Positions 20,112 through 29,100 of a stretch of DNA of 64,000 nt are shown one piece after another. The notes below the pieces were generated by a model that made no database searches, was not told where the DNA came from, and was given only the letters and a program-made list of their open reading frames with translations. The position numbers and the translations under genes were made by a program. This DNA is from a virus, in the IMG/VR virus record IMGVR_UViG_3300008448_000002, positions 1-64,000 of that record; one strand, 5' to 3'. The stretch's first letter is position 1. Each line of letters begins with the position of its first letter.

Positions 20112-20485
20112 CTTGTGCGCCGATGTTCCACTACGAGGTGGTTTGGATAATATTCTAATTTTGTATCATTTTCAACATATACTGTCCCATGTACTATTAA
20201 TGAATCTGGTAACTTTGTTATAGTTGATTTATCTATAGATACACAGCCAAAAAATGTAACATTTTGTAAATCGCGCTCTTCAACATCGTCACCATCATAT
20301 ATATGAATACCATATTGCGATATTCGCTCTTCTGTTGTTTGGTTCACAATAGTAAGTAATTTATCACTAGATTCAGTTTCATTTATCCATAATAATATAC
20401 AAAAATCACTATAACTATACACATGACAATTTGACAGTTTAAGTATATCTTCAAATATTGTCTGTTTAACATAAAATGTTTTCAT
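20108..20485 (-). CDS. Hypothetical protein, paralog 2 of 3
   Basis: LQNVTF...ITKLPDSLIVHG...YYPNHL. Confidence 0.7.
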   Translation of the reverse strand: MKTFYVKQTIFEDILKLSNCHVYSYSDFCILLWINETESSDKLLTIVNQTTEERISQYGIHIYDGDDVEERDLQNVTFFGCVSIDKSTITKLPDSLIVHGTVYVENDTKLEYYPNHLVVEHRRTR

Positions 20486-20486
20486 T

Positions 20487-20870
20487 TTATAACTCTGTAT
20501 TGAATGATTTTACGGTAAGATGCTTTGGATAGTAATCAAGATTATCTGCCCATACTGTGCCTCTAACCTTTAATGAATCTGGTAGTTTTTTTATACTAAT
20601 ATCATAAATATAAAGGTCTTCGGCACATATCACATTATTTAAATGAGATGAAGTATTGTGATGGGTAAAACAAATATTATATGTAAATGGCACAGTTTTT
20701 TCTTCGGTTGAAAGATTGAATACTCTATATGTGTCTCGCACTTTTGTGAAATCACTTATAAATGAGATAAACATATTATATGTCCCAATTACCTTAACAT
20801 CAATTATTTTAAAAGCATTAAATCGTTGTAATACGTTATAATCAGTTTGAGATATTGAAAACGATAGCAT
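20487..20870 (-). CDS. Hypothetical protein, paralog 3 of 3
   Basis: IKKLPDSLKVRGTVWADNLDYYPKHL; ~40 bp near-identical to paralog 1. Confidence 0.7.
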   Translation of the reverse strand: MLSFSISQTDYNVLQRFNAFKIIDVKVIGTYNMFISFISDFTKVRDTYRVFNLSTEEKTVPFTYNICFTHHNTSSHLNNVICAEDLYIYDISIKKLPDSLKVRGTVWADNLDYYPKHLTVKSFNTEL

Positions 20871-20909
20871 TGTTAAAGTATACTATAATGTTAGATTATT
20901 TACAACAAT

Positions 20910-21488
20910 TTATTCATCAGAAAAATCAATTTCCTTCATATTCAAAACATCATTGGGATTGAACAATATAAGATGATAAACTCCACCTTTTCTATCAACT
21001 AAGTATCCATAATATCCAAAATCAGAAATTGTTTCAAGATATTCTGTGTTGGCATTTCTATAAAAATCATTTGAAACAAAATCAATAGCATCTTTTAAAT
21101 CCTTTGAGTTCATGAAGGTTTTTAATGCTTCTTGAAATGCCTGAGATTTATTTTCTCCCCAATTTTCAAGAGTATCTTCTAAATTGGGAGATTTTTTCAT
21201 TAATTTGCTAATAACTTCTTTATTGACTCTCATTCCAGTTCTAATGATTTTCTTACTGGACTTTTTTAGTCTTATTTCATATATATGACCACTTAATGAA
21301 TTATTTCCACCTGTATATCTTGCGGCATCTTCTTTACTCGATGTTAAATAAAATCCAACGCCTTCTTGATAGTAGGCATTATTACTACCAACTTGAGAGT
21401 ATTCAAATCCATTAAACTTTTTTGGTGAACCGTGATACCATGTCATTTCAAAAATATTAACAGTAGATTTTATCTCATCAAGTCTCAT
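20910..21488 (-). CDS. ADP-ribosyltransferase-like protein (ART-PolyVal-like)
   Basis: WYHGS..F..F...G.GFYLTSS...AARY pattern, also found twice in 50707..53220. Confidence 0.6.
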   Translation of the reverse strand: MRLDEIKSTVNIFEMTWYHGSPKKFNGFEYSQVGSNNAYYQEGVGFYLTSSKEDAARYTGGNNSLSGHIYEIRLKKSSKKIIRTGMRVNKEVISKLMKKSPNLEDTLENWGENKSQAFQEALKTFMNSKDLKDAIDFVSNDFYRNANTEYLETISDFGYYGYLVDRKGGVYHLILFNPNDVLNMKEIDFSDE

Positions 21489-21489
21489 T

Positions 21490-21750
21490 TTAATTTATTT
21501 CTTTCCATCTAAGTAGTTGATAACCAGAATTAACGGATGTCATCTGTTTAGTATATTTATGACCTTTGGTTTTGTTAAGAATATCATGAACGCAATAGCC
21601 AGTTGTATCGACAACTTTAAGAGATAACATGTAGTTACCATTTAATCGTATCGCTTTGATGCTATTATCTTTCATCAATTTATACTCATGAACAGTAACT
21701 ACAAACTCATTCAATTTAAGTACAACTTTCACAAGTTTCTGGATTTTCAA
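21490..21750 (-). CDS. Hypothetical protein
   Basis: 86 aa overlapping the nrdA 3' end. Confidence 0.5.
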   Translation of the reverse strand: MKIQKLVKVVLKLNEFVVTVHEYKLMKDNSIKAIRLNGNYMLSLKVVDTTGYCVHDILNKTKGHKYTKQMTSVNSGYQLLRWKEIN

Positions 21751-23500
21751 GGTTTTTTACTTCTTGTGTATCACTTGTCATTGACTTGTTTATTTTAGTT
21801 GCCGCTTTACTACGCAAGTAATAAGATGTCTTTAAATCCTGTTCATAAAGGTACATGTACATACTTGATAATGTTTCAAGTTTAGGATTTTCCACAAACA
21901 AGTTTAAACTTTGGCTCTGGTCAATAAAATACGAACGAACAGTAGCATGATTGATTAACCATCGTTGTTTAATTTCCCATACGGTTTTATATAGGTCTTT
22001 AAGGCTTTGTGGGATTTCAGAAATATTTTGTATACTGCCTTCCGCCATAATAATCTTATCGGCAATAGTTTTATTCCATAATCCAATTTCTTTTAAATCT
22101 TCAACCAAGTATCTGTTTGTGCGAATGAACTCACCACTCAATGTTTCTGTTTTAAAGATATTTGATATTTGTGGTTCAATACATTCTTGACTCGCAGTAA
22201 TAGCGGCAATCGTCACAGTAGGGGCAATGGCAATCAAAAGACTGTTTCTCAATCCATTTTCCTTGATATCTTCTTTAAGGGCATTCCATCGCGCCATATC
22301 TTCAATAATAGTGCCATTAGGGAATATTTCAACCATAGAATCTTTTAATTGAGACAAAGGTTTTGCCAAGTCAAATTGTAGTAAACCATTTGCGGCATGG
22401 GATTTTTCAAAATCAGCATGTTTGCCCAATTCTTTTGCCAATTTACAGCTTGTTTTTAAGGCAGCATAATAAATCTCTTCTTGTATCTTGGCACTCCATT
22501 TAATTGCCTCATTACTATCAAAAGGAATTTTCATCTTGAAGAAAAAGTCTTGTAGTCCCATGATTCCTAAACCAACAGGTCTATGTCTACTATTACTCGC
22601 TTTTGCTTCATATGTTGGGTAAAAATTTCTATCAATAACTTTGTCAAGAAACTTTACTGCCAAGGCAACATTCTTATGTAATTTCTTAACATCTAACGTA
22701 CCATCTTTGAAATATTTACCAATATTAATACTACCAAGATTACAAACAGCAGTTTCGCCATTATGAATAGCAGTAAACTCTTCTTTCTCGGCATCATAAG
22801 AAATGATATTAAGATTAGTTTTATCAATACTGTCTAATTCGTCTTTCTTAAATGTAACATATTGCCCTGATGCTGTCGGCTCCAAAATTTCAGTACACAA
22901 ATTTGAGCTATGTAGGACATCTCCACCTGTAGCAGTATTACAACGAATGTTTGATGAATCTCTAAAACACATCCACCCGTTGCCAGTTTCAGATAATGTT
23001 TTCATCATTCTGTGAAATACTGTTTTTGCTGGAATCTGTTTAACAAATAAGCCTTTTTCTTCTAATTCAAAATATTTTTTATTGTATTCTTCTCCGAATA
23101 AATCATTCAACTCTTTACATGTAGTTGGGTCAAATAAACTCCACATTTCATTATTTTTAACTCGTTCCATGAATAAACTAGGAATCCAGTTGGCAATGTT
23201 AATGTTATGTCCTCTGCGCTCTTTTTCACCCGTATTATCTTTCAACTCCAAAAAAGAAAGAATATCGGGATGATGCGTATCTAAGTATACACAGGCAGCA
23301 CCTTTTCTCTTTCCACCATTGTGTACAAAGCCAATAGCAGTATTATAGTTTTTTGTATTATTTACTTTTAAATCATATACTTTTCCCGTGTATTCTTTTT
23401 TTACAATAGAGGTAATCTTTTTAAACTGTAGTTTCTTATGTTCGTTTAAGAAAAGTTCTTCTTTATTTAACTCTTGTAGTTGGTCTTCGTTATTATACAT
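21716..23500 (-). CDS. nrdA: NrdA C-terminal part, preceded by a 61-aa split-intein C-fragment
   Basis: ...VYDLKV...GFVHN|GGKRKGA; SSNLCTEI, AVCNLGSINI, GLGIMG, AIAPT, KTSYYLR and C-terminal CESC. Confidence 0.92.
   Translation of the reverse strand: MYNNEDQLQELNKEELFLNEHKKLQFKKITSIVKKEYTGKVYDLKVNNTKNYNTAIGFVHNGGKRKGAACVYLDTHHPDILSFLELKDNTGEKERRGHNINIANWIPSLFMERVKNNEMWSLFDPTTCKELNDLFGEEYNKKYFELEEKGLFVKQIPAKTVFHRMMKTLSETGNGWMCFRDSSNIRCNTATGGDVLHSSNLCTEILEPTASGQYVTFKKDELDSIDKTNLNIISYDAEKEEFTAIHNGETAVCNLGSINIGKYFKDGTLDVKKLHKNVALAVKFLDKVIDRNFYPTYEAKASNSRHRPVGLGIMGLQDFFFKMKIPFDSNEAIKWSAKIQEEIYYAALKTSCKLAKELGKHADFEKSHAANGLLQFDLAKPLSQLKDSMVEIFPNGTIIEDMARWNALKEDIKENGLRNSLLIAIAPTVTIAAITASQECIEPQISNIFKTETLSGEFIRTNRYLVEDLKEIGLWNKTIADKIIMAEGSIQNISEIPQSLKDLYKTVWEIKQRWLINHATVRSYFIDQSQSLNLFVENPKLETLSSMYMYLYEQDLKTSYYLRSKAATKINKSMTSDTQEVKNLENPETCESCT
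23318..23500 (-). mobile_element. Split intein C-fragment (IntC), followed by Gly+1
   Basis: Block F YTGKVYDLKV and block G GFVHN; Lys-rich in its C-terminal half. Confidence 0.9.
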
Positions 23501-23508
23501 ATCAATCC

Positions 23509-24684
23509 TTAATATTCTGTAGTCAATAAAATGTCTGTTTCTCTAATATCTTTGGCATCAAGCCATTCCGCCTTTAACAATCCCTCATTAAAAAGTCTTT
23601 CAACTTCTTCAATAGGATGATTAGCGGCATTTTTAATAATCAATAAGGGATGTTCAGGTGTTAGTGTGATTGATTTACCATTAGAAATGATTTCAAATAC
23701 TTCTCCTTCATACTCTCCCTCCATTACTTCGGCAATCTCTTGTAATCCAGAAGTTGTATTAACAAGATTTCCTTCAATCAATTCTTCTATTTCAACTAAT
23801 CCGCCCGATGTTTCAACTTTTGAATCTGGTAATAAACATTGATTGACGGCGGCGATGTTGGCATCTAATGAATGTAGGAATGGAATAATACCGTTGCTTT
23901 TACCATTCGTCCCTTTAATCAATGAACCAGTACCTCGAACATTTGAATAGGATAACCCAATGCCACCAGCCCATTTACTGAGCATGGCAATGTCTTTATG
24001 CTTTTTTTCAATATCCAATAAATCATCAATAGGACTAGCCAAGAGATAGCAACTACTCATTTGACTATGTGTTGTGCCACTATTAAACAATGTCGGGGTA
24101 CTTGTCATGTAATCCAATGAGGATAATAATTCGTAAAACTCAATAACATCTTTAACATCATCGGATAGTCCACACGCAACTCGTAGTAACCAATATTGCG
24201 GTGTTTCAAATACAAATCTTTTTGTGGGATGTTTCAGTAAATATCTATCATAGACAACCTTTAATCCGTAGTATTCAAAAAGATTGGTATTTTCTTCTTT
24301 GATGGCACTATTAAGTTTTCTTTTGTTTTTATTGACGAAATCAAGTGTTGATTGTGAAATTAGTCCGTTATCGTATCCCAATTGAATACTTTGACTGAAT
24401 GAATGAATTTCTTGACCTGTTACCTCTTTATTAATGAGAGAGTTTAATAGTCTACTCGCAACTTTTGAATAAATCGGGTCATCCTTAACAAATCCTACCG
24501 CTGTTTGTATGGAAAGTTCATCGAGTTCTTTCGTAGATACACCATCATATAATCCACCAACTGTTTTTGTGGCAATAGTAAAATGGTCTACATTTTCTAA
24601 CCCTTCGCAAACTTTTTTAACACTGTTGATGATTTTTTCGATATTTACAGGTTCTTGAGAACCATTTCTTTTTGTTACTTTCAT
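23509..24684 (-). CDS. nrdA: NrdA N-terminal part (ATP cone) followed by a 109-aa split-intein N-fragment
   Basis: VTKRNG ATP cone, TPTLFNSG, SSCYL, GGIG; AAVNQ|CLLPDSKV. Confidence 0.92.
   Translation of the reverse strand: MKVTKRNGSQEPVNIEKIINSVKKVCEGLENVDHFTIATKTVGGLYDGVSTKELDELSIQTAVGFVKDDPIYSKVASRLLNSLINKEVTGQEIHSFSQSIQLGYDNGLISQSTLDFVNKNKRKLNSAIKEENTNLFEYYGLKVVYDRYLLKHPTKRFVFETPQYWLLRVACGLSDDVKDVIEFYELLSSLDYMTSTPTLFNSGTTHSQMSSCYLLASPIDDLLDIEKKHKDIAMLSKWAGGIGLSYSNVRGTGSLIKGTNGKSNGIIPFLHSLDANIAAVNQCLLPDSKVETSGGLVEIEELIEGNLVNTTSGLQEIAEVMEGEYEGEVFEIISNGKSITLTPEHPLLIIKNAANHPIEEVERLFNEGLLKAEWLDAKDIRETDILLTTEY
23512..23838 (-). mobile_element. Split intein N-fragment (IntN)
   Basis: Block A CLLPDSKV and block B TLTPEHPLL; strongly acidic; no endonuclease domain. 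Confidence 0.9.
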
Positions 24685-24742
24685 TAATTATTCCTAAAAT
24701 TATTTATTGTTTGATTTTATCATAAATTGTACTGTATGTCAA

Positions 24743-25399
24743 TTATGATGTTGGAGTTGATAACCATTTTTTACCACTCCAATTTAATCTATATGTAGCG
24801 ACATCATTGTTTACCAGTAATAAATCAAGATAAGATGTTCCGCCGTCATCTGCCACTCTTGCGGCAAATTGTACGTCTACAATACCGTTTAATTCCGAAT
24901 AACTATCATTAATCAAAATGTTAGTATCATTATCAATAGTAGAACCATTAGTCGTATCGTGTACTATGGAAATAGTTCCAATTCTTTTTTGAAATGGTCC
25001 AACGCCAGATTGGTCGTCAAGTACTAAACTATAATCAATAATATAATTATCGAATGCCAGTGCGACATCTAATCTAATTACTACAGGGGATATTGTGGTA
25101 GATTGTGGTACTGAATTACTGAATAGTGGACCATTCTGATAAATGTTGCCATCTAAATCATAAGCCATATCAAATTCAGTTAATATTTTTATGTTTGAAT
25201 AGGGAAATGTACCCGTGGCATTAGTAGATTCATTAGATGTTGCCAGTGACCTGCGCCATTGTATTTTTTCTAAATCAGGAGCACCGATGAATAATTCACC
25301 TGTATCTGTTGTAAATCCTGGTTCTGATTGTGCCAATGCCTCTGGTAGTGTATCTTTTTTACCTGTTCTTAATTGTATTCTTGAAATCTGCTCAATCAT
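24743..25399 (-). CDS. Virion structural protein
   Basis: N-terminal RIQLRTG...L...EPGFTTDTGELFIG motif common in phage structural/fibre proteins. Confidence 0.6.
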   Translation of the reverse strand: MIEQISRIQLRTGKKDTLPEALAQSEPGFTTDTGELFIGAPDLEKIQWRRSLATSNESTNATGTFPYSNIKILTEFDMAYDLDGNIYQNGPLFSNSVPQSTTISPVVIRLDVALAFDNYIIDYSLVLDDQSGVGPFQKRIGTISIVHDTTNGSTIDNDTNILINDSYSELNGIVDVQFAARVADDGGTSYLDLLLVNNDVATYRLNWSGKKWLSTPTS

Positions 25400-25412
25400 G
25401 CTATAATTTTTC

Positions 25413-26102
25413 CTAATCTGTATTAGTATTTATCAGGAAATCCTCCAGTCGGTTCAACCAAATATCATAATATTTTTTATATTTTTCCCCGTTTAATTCA
25501 AAGGCATTGAAATCTCCATCTCTTGATGCCATTAAAATAATACCAGATTTTATGTTTGTATTGAACATTTCATTGTGTGCTATGCTGTATGCTACAAGTT
25601 GACAGTAATAATTTTCTAAATATTCTTCTTTTTTAATCTTTTTTGAGTTTTTATAATCAATTATTGTGGGGATACCATCATATACGGCAATTAAATCTAC
25701 TGTTCCCGCATACAATTCCTCATAGAATAAGGTTTTTTCCATACACCAATATTCAGATACTTTAGATAACCCTTTATTGATTATCTGGTTTGCCATCTTA
25801 TTGACTAATTTATGAATATGATTAGTACCTGTTTTGGTCGGAATACCTTGTATCCAATTTTCAAGATACTTATGTAGGAGATTTCCTATAGCACAGGCAT
25901 CCTTTGTTTCTTGTGCCGCCTTTTTTTCACCAATTCTTTTTTTCCACTCTTCTAAAGCGGTTTTATCGCTTGTGGCAGATAAAATTGTTGTAACACTATG
26001 GAGTTTATTATTTTCTGGTGATATGTAATATCTTTTACCATCTTCAAGAGTTATTTTTTGTAGTGTTGGATAAGTATATAAATCATTGTGATGTACTGCC
26101 AT
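25413..26102 (-). CDS. PD-(D/E)XK exonuclease (Cas4/RecB-like)
   Basis: SVTTIL, GNLLHKYLE, YAGTVDLI, IIDYKNS and QLVAY motifs. Confidence 0.85.
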   Translation of the reverse strand: MAVHHNDLYTYPTLQKITLEDGKRYYISPENNKLHSVTTILSATSDKTALEEWKKRIGEKKAAQETKDACAIGNLLHKYLENWIQGIPTKTGTNHIHKLVNKMANQIINKGLSKVSEYWCMEKTLFYEELYAGTVDLIAVYDGIPTIIDYKNSKKIKKEEYLENYYCQLVAYSIAHNEMFNTNIKSGIILMASRDGDFNAFELNGEKYKKYYDIWLNRLEDFLINTNTD

Positions 26103-26175
26103 CTAAACATAATAACATAGTAATGAAAAAATAATCAATTTAAAAAGGTAAATAATCCAAAGAATAGTAACCATT

Positions 26176-29100
26176 TTACTTGTTTTTATATTGCTCCCAT
26201 GCCAATGCGAACGCTAATCCCTTAGTTTTAACTTTACTCGGATATAAATCGTCAACTCTCTTTTTAACCCAATCATGTGCCTTCTTAGAAAACTTTTCGG
26301 TGAGTTTTTGTTCTTTTAACAATTTTGTATATTCTTGTAATGATAACCCTGTATTACTCTCTATAATATTTTTTAAATCATCACTAACTATTTGTGAATA
26401 CTTTTCATTTTCTGTTAAAAGGTTGGTTGCTTTGATGAAATGAGAATCGGATAATTCTTTCTCGAAACCCATTATGTCATTAATTTCTTTAACTGGCATT
26501 TCTGGTTGTCTATAAGAGGTATAATTTTGAACATTTTTAAAAATATCATCTTTATTTAGATTCATTTTATTAAATAAACTTCTCAAAGCGTTTTTAACCG
26601 TGGGGGTGAGGTATTCTTCGTTCTTCTTGGAAACTATAATAATTTCATTAAGAATGCTATTGAAAATCCCCGATGCGTCTTTTCTATCATTGCTGGTTAA
26701 AAACGGAACTATATTAAATAAGTGCGCCTTGCCAATAAACTTGTTCAATACAGACAATTCTTTATAATATGGTATTTTATCTTTATTTTTTTCTATATAC
26801 TTTTTATAATCACTATCTGTCCAATCGCTACTAACAGTTGGTTTATTAACAATACCATCAACAAGTTTAAATAATTTAGTATAGTATTCTTTTTTAAGAT
26901 ATTCAGGATTACATGCTGCTTCCATTGCTCCAGCAAACATTTCGGTATTTCTTTTTACTTCAGAAAACTTAGTATGATAACCACTACCTCCTGCTGCTCG
27001 CCATTCAATATATCCATCATTCTTTAGTCTTGAAAGATTAATAGACTGATACTTGGCGTTGGTTAAAGATTCGTCAATTAGAGGATTTAATGTATTTTCA
27101 ATAAACTGTATATCACCAACCGATTGTACGTTTGATGAAATTACCCTTTTTAATTTATCTACTACACTTGCCGCCCAATTAGATTTTTCTCTATTAAAGC
27201 TACTCAATACATGTGAATCGTTAGATAATACCAAAAGTTTCAATAAATTGAAGTCTTTGTATGATTTACCTTTAATGCTTAAATTAATATGTAATCCACA
27301 AGCATCATTAGTATCACCCTTCTCTTCAATATATTTAAATATCTTACTTATTTGTTCTAACCCCGTCTTCAATTCAAATGGTGGGCTGATTATTTCTACT
27401 GGAATCATCTCATTGTAATCACTATCTAATGACGAATCAGGCTCTAAAATATAAGTGTCTGGTTGTCTTTCTGTATTATGATAGCCATCACTTACTATTG
27501 TTTTGTATCCTGTTAGTTTTTGTATTACAGGCGCGTGTTCATGGTAATGAATAGAGGTTGATTCTTCGTCATTGTCACTATATATATCGTCCCAATATTG
27601 TAGTATGTCATCTGTTATTGATATGTATAACTTGTGTTCGCCATTTATTTTTTCATACTCATATTGATTTCCCATTCTTTTAAGAATAAATATAAAAAAA
27701 TCTTTCATAGTATCAAATTGTTCAGGCATGTTAGTAGAAAAATATTCTTCAAACAATTCATCAATTTTTCCTCCAACATCCGTATAATTTTCATTAGTGA
27801 AAGATAGCATCTCTATTACTATATCAATCATCTCACTATTATCATTAGTCATTGTAGACAAATTTAGTAAGTATTTTTTATCATGAAGACTAATCACATA
27901 ATTTTCATCGCCTAAAAGATAATCCGTTGATTTCAAAAAAGTATTTTTAATAATACTATCATAATCTTTTATAAAAGAATGTATTCTTTTTCTATCAAAC
28001 ATCCATGATAATTTTATTTCAGAAAATGCCTCATAATAGTTGTCAAAATCATCAACATTCTCAAAAAGACCTTGAATATCATCAACCAAGTGTGACTCAC
28101 ACGAAATATCAGACAGCACCCATTCTTTTTGTGGGTTGGGAGCATTTGGTTCATAATCATCTGGTAGTTCCCCCGTTGATGATACATAACACTCTGCTTC
28201 AAATCCCATGACAATATCTGTTAAATTGTCCTTCTTAAACATTTTTTCATTAAGTTGTTGTTCTTTTAACAATTTTGTATAATCTTCTAACGATAGACCA
28301 GATTTACGTTCGATTAATTTTTTTAAATCTCCCGTAATAACTTTTGAATATTTTTCATTTTCTATTAAAAGATTAGTTACCTTAATGAAATGAGAGTCGG
28401 ACAACTCTTTAATACCTAGTATTTTCTGTATAATATCAAATGATAATACCATAGATGAATATCTTTCAATCATCTCAAAGTCATCTTTTGTTATGTCAAG
28501 TTTTTTAGCTATAGTACGGATAGCCAATAAATCCTTTGGTGGTATTTTATTTCCCCTTTTAATCGTATATTTATAAACATCATATAATAGCCTAGAAAAT
28601 TGTAATATAGTCTGCTCTCTACTCATATTACCAAGGTGAGCATACCTACTATCCAAATCTACCCCATTGATATATGAAGATAATGTGTATAATTCCTTAT
28701 AAAATGGAATATTAGATGAAAACTTCTTTAAATATTTTATAACATCATTGTTTGTCGTTGGTGTATCTTGATTATTAACAATACCATCAACAAGTTTGAA
28801 TAATTTTGTATAATATTCTTTTTTCATATAATCTGGATTACATGCTGCTTCCATTGCTCCAGCAAATTGTTCAATGTTGCGTTTTACTTCGGAAAACTTA
28901 GTATGATAGCCACTTCCTCCCGCCGCTCGCCACTCAATATATCCACTATTCTTTAATCTGGATAGGTTAATAGACTGATATTTTTCATTAGTGAAATAAT
29001 TATCAATGAGTGGATTTAAAATAATTTCAATTCGCTCTAAATCAATCACCTTATTTAATGTTGTTGATATCGTTTTTCTTAATTTTTCTACTGTGCTCCC

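Noticed and set aside
22755-22890. Second mini-intein in NrdA (…AIHN|GETAVC)
   Set aside because: The ~40-aa insert has no block A Cys/Ser start or block B; the HN is probably coincidental.
23495-23515. nrdA split as a frameshift or sequencing error
   Set aside because: There is a stop, RBS and ATG in 12 nt, the break falls where the intein endonuclease domain would be, and the halves show acidic/basic complementarity typical of split inteins.
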